From Bacteroidota bacterium (GTDB lineage: Bacteria > Bacteroidota > Ignavibacteria > UBA10030): a stretch of 64,000 nt of DNA. This document shows, piece by piece, positions 9,253-18,994 of this stretch. A program made the position numbers and the translations under genes. Each line of letters opens with the position of its first letter. Position 1 is the first letter of the stretch. A model generated the notes under the pieces. It was not told the origin of the DNA and made no database searches. It saw only the letters and a program-made list of their open reading frames with translations. The DNA lies in NCBI GenBank assembly GCA_021813905.1, contig JAKAJH010000005.1, positions 26,788 to 90,787 of the forward strand, written 5' to 3'.

Positions 9253-9807
9253 GGCGATTCCTTTGGGGTTCTTCCGGAATGTTCCTTGCCAGCCGTCGCC
9301 TGGTTCGGGACGGTTGGAGACCGGTTCTCATTCTTTAACGCCGGAACACTGCCGCGGGTTCTCAACAGTACGCAGGCGTCAAAATCAGGCGAGAATCGGC
9401 CCGTTTGTGAGCAGGAGGACCCCTGCGTCGCAGGCAACGGCCGGCCGATGGGCACAGCGCGCCCGGGCTGAGGAATCAGTGTTCCGCCTGATTAATTTGA
9501 GTTTTTCCTTTTTCATTTTACATTGCGTTCGCTTCCCGGTCAACGCCCCATCCCCCGGACTTGCCGAGGTGCACGACAGACATTCGATCACACCGGGATG
9601 CCGCAGGTTTCAGTACCAAGCAAGCCTTTTCGTTCCTGCAGTACCACATCGTGATTTCATTGGTCGCGCGTGCCGACAGCGGCACGACGAATCGACGGGT
9701 GGACATGTGAATCACGAGCCATTGATCCTGACGATCCGACCGGAGACCTCCCCGCTCCGGCGTTCCGCTCCCGCCCCTCACCACATACTTTCCATCAGGA
9801 GGATATC

Positions 9808-10389
9808 ATGACTATCACACGCGGTTTCCTGGCCGTCGTGCTCCTCGTGGCCCTCGTCTGTTCCATCTCCCCCGGCCAGACCACAAACATCATGTCGCGA
9901 ACGGGCGATTTCAGCATCACCGGCGCCGTATGGCTCAGCGGCGATGTGTATCTCAAGTACTACGATGTCGACATCACGAAGAACACAGGATTTCTGCTGC
10001 GGGCGTTCTACGATTATTACGTCGTCGAGAAACTGTCGGTCGGTCTGTATGGCAACCTGGCGCCCACATCGTGGGAGGGCGGGGATCAGACGGCAACGAT
10101 CTACGAGATCGGGTTCAGCATCAAGCCGCGGTTTCCGGTGGCCGACGGTGCGGTGGCGATCAAGCCGGGGTTGAACGTCGGGTACCGGACCATCTCGTCC
10201 GACTTCGAGCAGGCAAGCAAGGTCAATGCAATGGGGCTGAATGCCAGCGTCGAGATTCAGTTCTCGCCCTCCGGTGTCATCCTGCCGTACATGGAGATCG
10301 GCTTTCTGGCGCAGCCGGTCGGCGGCAACAAGTACACTGATGTGACATTCCCGCCGATTTTCTATTTCGGCGCGGGTGTATCGTTCTGA
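9808..10389 (+). CDS. outer-membrane beta-barrel protein
   Basis: AGGAGG RBS, signal peptide, amphipathic beta strands, terminal YFGAGVSF. Confidence 0.75.
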   Translation: MTITRGFLAVVLLVALVCSISPGQTTNIMSRTGDFSITGAVWLSGDVYLKYYDVDITKNTGFLLRAFYDYYVVEKLSVGLYGNLAPTSWEGGDQTATIYEIGFSIKPRFPVADGAVAIKPGLNVGYRTISSDFEQASKVNAMGLNASVEIQFSPSGVILPYMEIGFLAQPVGGNKYTDVTFPPIFYFGAGVSF

Positions 10390-10414
10390 CGCAGTTTGCG
10401 TTTCTGCCTTCTGC

Positions 10415-10560
10415 GTGCTGGTAATCCGTGCGCCGGGTACGGGAAGATATGAGACCTTACCCACGACTATTGTTCCTCTGTCGCCGCGTCCGGCCTGTAC
10501 CAGTACCGCATTCAAGAAGGAGGTTTCGTCCAAGCGAAGAAACTCCTGATCATGAAGCAG
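10415..10560 (+). pseudogene. orphan degenerate C-terminal sorting-domain (T9SS type A-like) fragment
   Basis: ..APGTGRYE.. then, in a shifted frame, AASGLYQYRIQEGGFVQAKKLLIMK, matching the CTD tails of other genes in this window. Confidence 0.6.
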
Positions 10561-10584
10561 GCGGTACCCTGTGTGGGATGCACG

Positions 10585-10617
10585 AAGGCCCGGTGTTTGA
10601 GTGACCGGGGCTTTTTG
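10585..10617 (+). terminator. rho-independent terminator-like hairpin
   Basis: AAGGCCCGGT...ACCGGGGCTTTTT. Confidence 0.55.
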
Positions 10618-10760
10618 TTCGAGCAGTCTCCGGTCCGCAGCCGCGGCGGGAAGCGTACGACGCGGCATCAGGAAGGCGGTACGGAAGATCCGACAATTCG
10701 TCGACGCTTGTCAGTTTGGGGAGATTGTGATTTGCCCCCTTGCGGTTCGGATTGTCTCCC

Positions 10761-11759
10761 CTACGGTCTCACATACGTATACACTTCCCCCCTGAACGTC
10801 AGCGCCCACCCGTGCGATGCATCGACCATGGAAAGATCGATCATGTGGTATGTGGGAGTCTCACACTCGTATTCCCAGTTGCTGCCTCCGTCGGTCGTGC
10901 GCATGATCCCTCGTCCGGCCGCCGCCCAGCCGAGCGACCGGTTCGCGAACCAGATGGCGTTGACCTGAGCATCGGGCGTCGGCAGACAGCCCCACGTGCT
11001 TCCCGCATCCGCGGTGTACGGCATGGCTGCCAGCGGATCCATGGTGCTGCTCATGGACATGTCCGTGGCGATCCAGCCGGTCGATTGATCAGAGAAGAAG
11101 ATGTCGCGAGGCATCCCGATGTGAGCGCTTCCGCAGTCGAGTCCGCGAAGATCCGTCGACGCCCAGTGGGCGCCGCCATCCAGCGTGTGAAGCACGCTTC
11201 CGCCAACGGAGAGGGCCCATCCTTCCGACGCATCAAGGAACTGCATCGCCCCGATCGCGAAGTTCGTGCCCGTCGCCTGCTCGATCCACGTCTGACCGCC
11301 GTCCTGCGTGTGCAGGATGCCGCCCATGTTGTCGCCGATCCACCCGGACAACTCATCCGCAAAGAACAGGCAAAGAAATCCCCGCAGTGAGTCGCCTGCC
11401 GGATACTGCCATGCCCAGGAGAATCCCCCGTCCCTTGTCATGCCGATCGTGTTCCTGCCGCATGCCCATCCGTTATGGATACCTCTGAACCGAACGCTCC
11501 AAAGCGAAGCGGTGGTGCCGGATTGCTGCGTTTCCCACGACGTCCCGCCGTTGCTTGTGTGAAGAATTGTGCCCGAGTCGCCCACGATCCAACCGTTCCC
11601 GGCGTCAACGAATTGGATCGCATGGTAGAATCGTGTCGAGTCGGCGGCTCGCGAAAACACCCAGGTTCCGGGCGTTTGCCATTCCGGCTCGCCGGTGTGT
11701 TCGCAGGAGAATACGAGGACCAGGAACGGCAGGAATATGATCGCGGTCGGGATCTTCAT
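10761..11759 (-). CDS. YCF48/BNR-repeat beta-propeller lipoprotein
   Basis: Lipobox VFSC; repeated F-x-D...GW...G-I-L-H-T-x-D-G-G-x-x-W units. Confidence 0.88.
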   Translation of the reverse strand: MKIPTAIIFLPFLVLVFSCEHTGEPEWQTPGTWVFSRAADSTRFYHAIQFVDAGNGWIVGDSGTILHTSNGGTSWETQQSGTTASLWSVRFRGIHNGWACGRNTIGMTRDGGFSWAWQYPAGDSLRGFLCLFFADELSGWIGDNMGGILHTQDGGQTWIEQATGTNFAIGAMQFLDASEGWALSVGGSVLHTLDGGAHWASTDLRGLDCGSAHIGMPRDIFFSDQSTGWIATDMSMSSTMDPLAAMPYTADAGSTWGCLPTPDAQVNAIWFANRSLGWAAAGRGIMRTTDGGSNWEYECETPTYHMIDLSMVDASHGWALTFRGEVYTYVRP

Positions 11760-11867
11760 AACGTGCCTCCCATCGTTCGGCACCCGCCCCATCACACGCG
11801 TTCCACCGCTCGCGGTCCGGAAGAATCGAAACGCCGGAACTGTCACATCATTCTGCCGGAGCAACCT

Positions 11868-13604
11868 CTAATCGAACGAGACGTGATACGCCCGATAAAC
11901 GAGATAGCCTGCGTACGTGTCAGGATCACGGTCGCTGATCCTGATTTCCAGGAGTCTCTCCGCCGGCAGGTCCGACGTCGTTTCATCGATGACCGCGGAG
12001 CTTTTCACGCTGCGGTTTCGGTACTGACCGAGCTGCGGGCCCTGCTCGATCCATCGGACCACCCGGCCCTGAAGATCCCGCGCCAGCGCGCCGAAGCAGA
12101 TCAGCCGGTTCCCGTTGGAAAGGTACCGCGCACTTCCGACGATCGGCGTGAACCGTTGGCTCCCGAATTTCTTTCCGTACTCCCAGGTTTGCCGCACCGT
12201 CATGCCGCGATCGTCGATCTCATATTCCACCGCCCGGGAATAGCTGGAATCCGCCGGGAGCGGACGCTCGTAACTGCGCATGTTCCCGTTGTCGTACACC
12301 AGGATCCGCCGCGGGTCTTTCGGAGAGTGCATCGGCGCATGCTGTCCCCATTGCCACTGGAACGGCTCGCCGACCGGCCGCAGCAACAGCCGCCGGAACG
12401 GCTCCTTCCAGTGTTCGTGATTGCCCAGGATCCAGCGGATATGCAGAGAGTCGAGGGTGAGCTTGACGACGGCGCTCTGATTGCGCGCGGAGACCACGAT
12501 GGTACTGTCGCGCCCGTCGAAGTACAGCGCGTTCGCATGAAGCCAGTCCGGCTCATGAATGTGCCGCGGCATCATCGGTCGGTTCGCATCCAGGATCTCC
12601 TTGAACCGGATCTCGCGCTCGATCGCGTGCGACTTCTTCCCCATCTCAATGATCAGATCCTCGTCGGAGTCGAGCGTGCTGGCCAGCGCCAGGAGGTTTC
12701 CGTTCGGCAGGAAGATGAAATCGTGATGAATGGAATAGCCGGCAGCGCGCCAGGAGGTCACCTCCCGCCCGAAGAGATCGATCTCCGCGAGCGCATTGTG
12801 ATTCACCATCGTCCGGGGAAGCCACTCGGCCATCCGCGCGGGAAGACTCCGCACGGGATTCTTCCGCTGTTCATTCATCACGGACGGAATGTAGGTGTTC
12901 GGCATCTCCCAGTAGAGATCGCGATACAGGAATTGCCAGCCGGTCTTCGCGTACGCGTACACGATGCACTGGTTGTACGCCTCCTGGAGCCGCTCAAGGG
13001 GGCTGGAGCGCTGGACCACGAGGTTTCCGTTCGGCAGGATCTTGCCGAGGAACCAGTGGTCTCCCATGTACACCCAGCGGATCTTTCCAAAGTGATCCGC
13101 CACGAGAAACATTCCCTTTTCCGTTGATCCGCCGTATTCCCGGTTCAGCAGGAGCAGATACATGCCGGGCGCCAGCGGCTTGCTGCCGATTCGATCGGCC
13201 TGCAGCGACAGGTGCCGGTACTGGCGGGGAAGCGGCCTCGTCGTGATCCGGAGGGAATCCACCGTCGATCGACCGTCACGCGTCGTGAGCCGAAGGATGA
13301 CCGTGTTCCGAAAATCCGGATAGAGCCCAAGGAGGGGAATATCATGATCCGTCCGGAAGTCCTCAACGGTTTTGGAGAGGTCCTCCCCATCCTGACCGAG
13401 GATGGTAACGGTCACCTGCGATGGAACATCCGTGTTGAAATGCGCGATCGCCGCGAGGGGAGATTCGGGGAATCGCTCCACGGTGAGATTCTTGAGATCT
13501 CCTCCGCGGAGGAGGACATCGTCGGCCGAACCGCGACTTCGGCATCCGGCGGCGGCCAGCAGTGCGGTCACAAGGATCAGTGCAATCTTTGCGGAAGCGG
13601 TCAT
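11868..13604 (-). CDS. aryl-sulfate sulfotransferase (AssT-like) lipoprotein
   Basis: Lipobox AAGC; Ig-like N-domain (SPLAA...HDIPLLGLYP); IHHD, DWLHANA...SARNQS, WQWGQH, YDNG, YSRAVEY. Confidence 0.88.
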   Translation of the reverse strand: MTASAKIALILVTALLAAAGCRSRGSADDVLLRGGDLKNLTVERFPESPLAAIAHFNTDVPSQVTVTILGQDGEDLSKTVEDFRTDHDIPLLGLYPDFRNTVILRLTTRDGRSTVDSLRITTRPLPRQYRHLSLQADRIGSKPLAPGMYLLLLNREYGGSTEKGMFLVADHFGKIRWVYMGDHWFLGKILPNGNLVVQRSSPLERLQEAYNQCIVYAYAKTGWQFLYRDLYWEMPNTYIPSVMNEQRKNPVRSLPARMAEWLPRTMVNHNALAEIDLFGREVTSWRAAGYSIHHDFIFLPNGNLLALASTLDSDEDLIIEMGKKSHAIEREIRFKEILDANRPMMPRHIHEPDWLHANALYFDGRDSTIVVSARNQSAVVKLTLDSLHIRWILGNHEHWKEPFRRLLLRPVGEPFQWQWGQHAPMHSPKDPRRILVYDNGNMRSYERPLPADSSYSRAVEYEIDDRGMTVRQTWEYGKKFGSQRFTPIVGSARYLSNGNRLICFGALARDLQGRVVRWIEQGPQLGQYRNRSVKSSAVIDETTSDLPAERLLEIRISDRDPDTYAGYLVYRAYHVSFD

Positions 13605-13734
13605 GCGTTCTCCGGTTTGAGACCGGTCACTCCGGCCGTGCGGGGATTTTACCGTTGCAAGCGACAGACGCCATGATTCGTACTCAGGATCGCATCCTTC
13701 CGATGACCCCACCCAAGAGGAGTCGCAGAGATCG

Positions 13735-14178
13735 CTAAGGAATATTGGCTTCAACAAGCTGCGCCAGCAGCGTCAGCGATTCCTGCCAGCCCAGATAGCA
13801 TCCATCCAACGGAATGGCTTCGGGGATCCCTTCCTGCGTAATGCTCACGTCCGTGCCCACCGCGACCTTCTTCAACACGACGGTGGTCTTCATGATCCCC
13901 GGCAGGTTCGGGTCGTCGAACGTATCGGTGTTGACGATGCGCTCGTTCGGCACCAGCTCGACGTAGGTGCCGCCGAAGGTGTGGCTTTGGCCCGTGCCGA
14001 AGTTCGTGAACGTCATGCGATATGATCCCCCGACGCGGGCATCACTGTGAAGCACCCGTCCCGTGAAGCCGTGCGGCGGCAGCCATTTGCCCATCGCATC
14101 CGCATCGAGAAAAGCCCGATAGACCCGCTCCGGCGTGGTCCTCAGCACCCGATGCAGCTTCACCGTATTTCCGCTCAT
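13735..14178 (-). CDS. SRPBCC/AHSA1 family protein
   Basis: LHRVLRTTPERVYRAFLD...KWLPP...VGGSYRM...CYLGWQESL. Confidence 0.9.
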   Translation of the reverse strand: MSGNTVKLHRVLRTTPERVYRAFLDADAMGKWLPPHGFTGRVLHSDARVGGSYRMTFTNFGTGQSHTFGGTYVELVPNERIVNTDTFDDPNLPGIMKTTVVLKKVAVGTDVSITQEGIPEAIPLDGCYLGWQESLTLLAQLVEANIP

Positions 14179-14303
14179 GTTCCGTCCCTCCTGCCCTGGT
14201 GACGTGTGGATGTGAGATGAGCGCTGCGAGCGCCGTGTCGCCGGTGCGTGCGTCGCCCTTCCGGAGACAACGCTGCGTACGGGTCCACGCGTTCCACGAT
14301 TTC

Positions 14304-14816
14304 TCAAAAAGTCGCTTTGTACGTGATGTTGATGTCCAGACGGGTGAGAGAATCCTGAACAACCGTGACCGGGAGCAGGAAGCCCAGGCCGTCCCCGCCG
14401 TTGGCGTAGAACAGGGAATCCTCCACGACGAAGAAGCTGTACCGGCCCGGGGCGAGCGGGATCTGGAAGAATCCGGCGCTGTTCGAGGCCGTGGTTCCGA
14501 TCCGTTGGGTGAGGATTCTCCGATAGAACGCCGAGTAATTCACTTGTTCCACCGAATCAAACCGTGTCGGCGTGTGGACCACGAGCGTTCGCTGCACGGG
14601 AGTGATCGTTCCCCGCGGTGGCGCCGGGGGCACGACCGGCATGAAGTCGCCCTCCCAGAAGTACACCCTGCCGTAAACGCCCTGCTGAATAGTAGGGATC
14701 GTGTCGGTGCCGGTCGGTGGTGGAAGCGTTTCGGTGACCTTGTCGCAACCCGAAAGCGCGAGCATTGCGATGGCGGCAACGGCGGTCGATGGAATGATCC
14801 GAGCAAACGGGTTCAT
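14304..14816 (-). CDS. lipoprotein with carboxypeptidase-regulatory-like beta-sandwich
   Basis: Lipobox LSGC; QGVYGRV...SNSAGFFQIPLAPGRYSFFV. Confidence 0.7.
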   Translation of the reverse strand: MNPFARIIPSTAVAAIAMLALSGCDKVTETLPPPTGTDTIPTIQQGVYGRVYFWEGDFMPVVPPAPPRGTITPVQRTLVVHTPTRFDSVEQVNYSAFYRRILTQRIGTTASNSAGFFQIPLAPGRYSFFVVEDSLFYANGGDGLGFLLPVTVVQDSLTRLDINITYKATF

Positions 14817-15046
14817 AGGACTGCCCCCGGAGAAATGTCCGACACTGCAGGCACTTTGGGAGGATGTGTGAACGATCCATCCCCAGACATCAGAAATCTA
14901 GCATATCCCGCCGGGAAACACAAGGTGCGGGCGTTGGCGGGTGCGAATGGAGATCGAAACGGTGCGGGGTGGATTTGCGCATCATGCGCGCAAACGCGGG
15001 TCGCGTGCGCGTTTCGAAAGAACCGGGGGCACCTCGGGGCGGCTTC

Positions 15047-15859
15047 TTACGCCGGCTTCTTCGCGTAAACCGTGATCGAGTAGATCCCGACCTTGCGTCG
15101 TTTGTATTCGCGGAGCTCTTCGAGCGAGATGTGCTTGAGAAGGATCTCGTTGGGGATGTCGATCTCCCGCTCTTTCTGGATCGTACCATCGGCGAACCCT
15201 GCCTCCGCGATCGTGCGCAGGTACTCGTCGATCTGCTGGGCACCGGCAATGCAGCCGGCGTAGAGCGCGGCGCTGGTCCGGACGTTCTCCGGGAGCTCTC
15301 CCCGCAGGACGATATCGGAGATGCTGAAATGACCGCCCGGCTTCAGAATGCGGAATGTTTCGGCGAAGGCTCGCTTCTTGTTTGGTACGAGGTTCATCAC
15401 GCAGTTGCTGACCACCACGTCGACCGTTCCGGTTTCGACCGGCATCTCCTCGATGTCGCCGAGCCGGAACTCGACGTTCGCGAATCCGAGCTTTGCCGCG
15501 TTCGCGCGTGCTTTCCCGATCATCGCCTCCGTCATGTCGATGCCGATGACCTTCCCGGTCTCTCCGACGATTGACCGGGCCACGAACGCGTCATTTCCTG
15601 CGCCGGAGCCGAGGTCCACGACGGTGTTGCCGGATTTGATCTGCGCGAACTCCGTCGGCAATCCGCAGCCAAGTCCCAGATCGGCGTCCGCCACATACCC
15701 GTTCAGCTTCGTGTAGTCTTCCGCCATCACGGAGAACTCGACGGAAGAGCAGCAATCCGTTCCGCCGCAGCAGGACGATTGGTTCTGCTGTTTTGACTGA
15801 CCGGCGATAGCGCCGTACTTCTCTTTCACCATTTCCTTGACTTCGGAATCGGTCGGCAT
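15047..15859 (-). CDS. arsM: arsenite S-adenosylmethyltransferase
   Basis: N-terminal SSCC..CC, LGLGCGLP, VDLGSGAG, VVSNCV, GCIAGA; directly downstream of arsR. Confidence 0.92.
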   Translation of the reverse strand: MPTDSEVKEMVKEKYGAIAGQSKQQNQSSCCGGTDCCSSVEFSVMAEDYTKLNGYVADADLGLGCGLPTEFAQIKSGNTVVDLGSGAGNDAFVARSIVGETGKVIGIDMTEAMIGKARANAAKLGFANVEFRLGDIEEMPVETGTVDVVVSNCVMNLVPNKKRAFAETFRILKPGGHFSISDIVLRGELPENVRTSAALYAGCIAGAQQIDEYLRTIAEAGFADGTIQKEREIDIPNEILLKHISLEELREYKRRKVGIYSITVYAKKPA

Positions 15860-15901
15860 GGCGGTATCCTTCGGATGTCGTGCGTGTTTCAGAAGATGTG
15901 G

Positions 15902-16222
15902 TCAGCAGCACTTTTGGATGGTTGTAAGGAAGCCGGACATCATTTCCCTCGCTTCTGTCCATCCTTTCTCATCGATGCAGTAGCAGACACTCGTCCCCTC
16001 GATCTCCCCATTGATCAATCCCGCATTCTTCAGCGCGCGGAGATGTTGCGACACCGTCGCCTGCGACAGCGGCAGCACGTCGACAATGTCACCGCATACG
16101 CACGCGTTGGTCTTGGCAAGATATTCGAGGATCGCGACGCGGGCGGGGTGGCCGAGCGCTTTGGCGACGGCCGCCAGGCGATTTTGCTTCGTGCTGAACT
16201 GATCTGTTTTCGTAAGGCCCAT
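15902..16222 (-). CDS. arsR: ArsR/SmtB family repressor
   Basis: KALGHPAR, CVCGDIV, LSQATVSQHL, VCYC, terminal CC. Confidence 0.92.
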   Translation of the reverse strand: MGLTKTDQFSTKQNRLAAVAKALGHPARVAILEYLAKTNACVCGDIVDVLPLSQATVSQHLRALKNAGLINGEIEGTSVCYCIDEKGWTEAREMMSGFLTTIQKCC

Positions 16223-16229
16223 ACTTGTA

Positions 16230-16247
16230 TATCGTAATATTACGATA
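16230..16247. promoter_or_regulatory. putative ArsR operator
   Basis: Perfect 18-bp palindrome TATCGTAATATTACGATA ending 7 bp upstream of the arsR start. Confidence 0.75.
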
Positions 16248-16310
16248 AATGTTTCGGAGGGGCAAGTGGGAATTTCTGGCAGTTGCGGGCACCTCGGGCG
16301 TCATCAGGGG

Positions 16311-16350
16311 GGTACGAGCGTACGTGGGTACGAGAGAGTGTGTGTACTTG
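16311..16350 (+). repeat. degenerate octamer tandem array (SGTACGDG)
   Basis: GGTACGAG CGTACGTG GGTACGAG AGAGTGTG TGTACTTG. Confidence 0.6.
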
Positions 16351-16440
16351 GTAAGTCTGAGGGCGGCAGGTTGGATGTTGAGGTTGGCTGGGATGTCTGC
16401 GGGATGGTGTCCGCCTGCGCTGCGCTCTGGCGAGACTCTC

Positions 16441-16500
16441 AAAACGACGATGGAGTTAGCTTCGCCACGCCTCACGTGGCTCGCTAACTCCAGTCGTTTT
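16441..16500. terminator. long nested hairpin immediately 3' of tRNA-Pro
   Basis: AAAACGAC..TGGAGTTAGC..GCCACG-loop-CGTGGC..GCTAACTCCA GTCGTTTT. Confidence 0.6.
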
Positions 16501-16504
16501 GGAG

Positions 16505-16578
16505 TCGGGACGGCGGGATTTGAACCCGCGACCCCTTGCACCCCAAGCAAGTGCGCTACCGGGCTGCGCTACGTCCCG
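16505..16578 (-). tRNA. tRNA-Pro (GGG), CCA not encoded
   Basis: CGGGACGTAGCGCAGCCCGGTAGCGC...CTTGC-TTGGGGT-GCAAG...GGTTCAAATCC...CGTCCCGA; cloverleaf folds. Confidence 0.97.
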
Positions 16579-16693
16579 AAAGACAGGTAAAAAGTATAAA
16601 TGAAAAATCAAAAAGGAAAATGGAATCTGCCCGTTCCTTGATTCAAGATACGCAAATTCGGGTGCGGGCGCAACCGCACGAACCCGGCGCATG

Positions 16694-16900
16694 TCAGCGG
16701 ATCCCCCGCTTCTTCTTCTCGATCAATACTTGCGCATCGACGGGTGTGGAGCAGATGGGACACACGTAGCGGCGCGTAGTCTCGTTGTAGTCCGGCTCGT
16801 GCACCTGCTTACAGTTCGGGCAACGAACCGTGATCGGTCTTTCTTCTTTCCGTGCGATGGCGCAATCCTCCGTGTTCTTCCCCAATATACCGAATTCCAT
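16694..16900 (-). CDS. small zinc-ribbon protein
   Basis: CPNC...CPIC pair in 68 aa. Confidence 0.6.
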   Translation of the reverse strand: MEFGILGKNTEDCAIARKEERPITVRCPNCKQVHEPDYNETTRRYVCPICSTPVDAQVLIEKKKRGIR

Positions 16901-16969
16901 CTTGTTCTTCCGCGCCGTATATTGATTCGCACCCGATCGTCTTTCTTACTCACCAAAAGGTTGTCATCC

Positions 16970-18790
16970 GTGTTCCGTCCCGGCCACTTCGCTCGTTCAT
17001 TCCTGTTCTGCCTGACCCTCGTCTCCCCATCAATTAACGCACAGTCATACACCGTCCGCTCCCCTTATCTGCTCGATCCGGATCTTGCCATCGGCTATGT
17101 CGATTCGTGCGCCCGACTGTGGATCCATGCAGCCGACACCATTCAGGGTGGATTCTTCACCAACGTGAACCGCCAGGGCTACGCCCTGACCGCGTGGGGT
17201 ACGAACAAGGATGTGCTGAGCCAGAGCCGCGACGCGTACGGATTCACGCGGGCGTTCATGCTCACCGGCAACGAAACCTACCTGACGATGGCCCGCCACG
17301 CGCTGACTTTTCAGTACGCACACGGCTGGGATACGCTCGACGGCGGATGGCTGAACAACCTGGACATCAGCGGGACTCCAACGAATCCCAACGGAACCAA
17401 GACGGCGTTCTACCAGCATTATGCCCTCCTCGGCCCCGCCGCGTCATTCGAGGCGACACGCGACACGACCGACTGGTTCTGGCTCATGCGCGGCTACGCC
17501 AGTAACGAGGCCCATCTGTGGGATACGCGTCCGGACGACATCGGCTACTACGATATGTCGAACCGGGACTGGACCGCCCGCACCAACAAGAGCTTCAACG
17601 CCACCGTCGATGCGGTGACCACCACGCTCGTGCCGCTTTATCTGCTCACCGGCGATTCGACGTACGCCACGCGCCTCCGCGAACTCGCCTCCGACATGCG
17701 TGACGTCATCCTGCCGACGATGTACTCGCACGCGATCGGATTCGTGGAGATGTACGATTCCAATTGGGGCTGGACCGATGCGACGGGCGGAGATCAGTAC
17801 CACAACCGCACGATCATGGGACATGTGCTGAAGACCGCGTGGTGCTTCGGGCGCATCAACCAGCTGCTTCCCGATCCCACCTACATCCCCGCGGCGGAGA
17901 GCCTCATCACCAACGTCTGGCAGAAAGGATACGACCATGTGTATGGCGGTCCGTACAAGGATTACGACCGCACGAACGGCACCATGTTCATGTACGGTCA
18001 GGATACCGCCAAGGCGTGGTGGCAGATGGAGCAGGCCGTCGTGGCGGGACTGATGCTCCACCGGCTGACCGGCCGGTCTGAATATCTTCAGATGGCGGAC
18101 GAGACACTGCAGTTCTACATGAAGCATTTCGTCGACCATACATACGGTGACGTGTATTCCGACGTCGCCCACGATGGGGCCGGCTGGCTGTGGAATGACG
18201 CGAAAGGAAACAGCGGCAAAGCGGCGTATCATTCCATCGAAACGGGTTACTATGTCTATCTCTACGGCAAGCTGCTCCTGCGCGGAGAGCCCGCAACGCT
18301 GCACTATATGATCGCCCCATCCACCGCGGCACGCGATATCCCGCTGAATCCGATTGAGCTTCCGTCATCCGCGTACCGCATCACGTCTGTGCAGCTTAAC
18401 GGCGCGAGCTTCGCCGACTACGACGGTACCGGCCGGACACTTCACCTGAATGCGGGTGCGGGTGGACATTTCATCGTCACGTTCGCACCGACCGTGACCT
18501 CCGTGGTTACGCACAACGACCGACCGACGGAATTCGGCCTGGCACAGAACTATCCGAATCCGTTCAATCCATCGACTACGATTCAGTACGCGCTCCCACG
18601 CCGGTCACATGTCACCCTTGCGGTGTTCAACACACTTGGCCAGAAGGTCGCCGAGCTGGTGAACGAGGAGAAGAGTGCCGGATCTTATGAAGTCAGATTC
18701 GACGCCGGCGAACTGGCTTCGGGTATGTATCTGTGTCGGCTGCAGGCGGGGAGTCTTGTGCAGACAAGGAAATTGCTGTTGGTACGATAA
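16970..18790 (+). CDS. AGE/cellobiose 2-epimerase-like (alpha/alpha)6 protein with signal peptide and C-terminal sorting domain
   Basis: DTIQGGFF, QSRDAYGF, GHVLKTAW, YDHVYGG, WWQMEQA, KAAYH; tail AQNYPNPFNPST...TRKLLLVR; start (GTG 16970) approximate. Confidence 0.8.
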   Translation: MFRPGHFARSFLFCLTLVSPSINAQSYTVRSPYLLDPDLAIGYVDSCARLWIHAADTIQGGFFTNVNRQGYALTAWGTNKDVLSQSRDAYGFTRAFMLTGNETYLTMARHALTFQYAHGWDTLDGGWLNNLDISGTPTNPNGTKTAFYQHYALLGPAASFEATRDTTDWFWLMRGYASNEAHLWDTRPDDIGYYDMSNRDWTARTNKSFNATVDAVTTTLVPLYLLTGDSTYATRLRELASDMRDVILPTMYSHAIGFVEMYDSNWGWTDATGGDQYHNRTIMGHVLKTAWCFGRINQLLPDPTYIPAAESLITNVWQKGYDHVYGGPYKDYDRTNGTMFMYGQDTAKAWWQMEQAVVAGLMLHRLTGRSEYLQMADETLQFYMKHFVDHTYGDVYSDVAHDGAGWLWNDAKGNSGKAAYHSIETGYYVYLYGKLLLRGEPATLHYMIAPSTAARDIPLNPIELPSSAYRITSVQLNGASFADYDGTGRTLHLNAGAGGHFIVTFAPTVTSVVTHNDRPTEFGLAQNYPNPFNPSTTIQYALPRRSHVTLAVFNTLGQKVAELVNEEKSAGSYEVRFDAGELASGMYLCRLQAGSLVQTRKLLLVR

Positions 18791-18816
18791 TGTCAGCGTT
18801 ACCGCCCGCTTACTCT

Positions 18817-18854
18817 GAGCCCTGGACATTCATCATCCGGGGCTCGTTCATTTT
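18817..18854 (+). terminator. terminator-like hairpin
   Basis: GAGCCCTGGA...TCCGGGGCTC followed by GTTCATTTT. Confidence 0.45.
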
Positions 18855-18994
18855 CGCATCAGATTGATATTCCGTACGAATTGCATTACCATCTTCACGA
18901 GCGTACAGATATGTCCGGGGGTGGTTGCGGCTGTCGTGGACGCGGGATGTGGATGGTGTCGCTCGATGCTCCCCTGGAAAGGAAGCGTGGTCGT

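Noticed and set aside
9260-16578. Intact integrative element at tRNA-Pro
   Set aside because: No integrase and no duplicated tRNA 3' end found in the window
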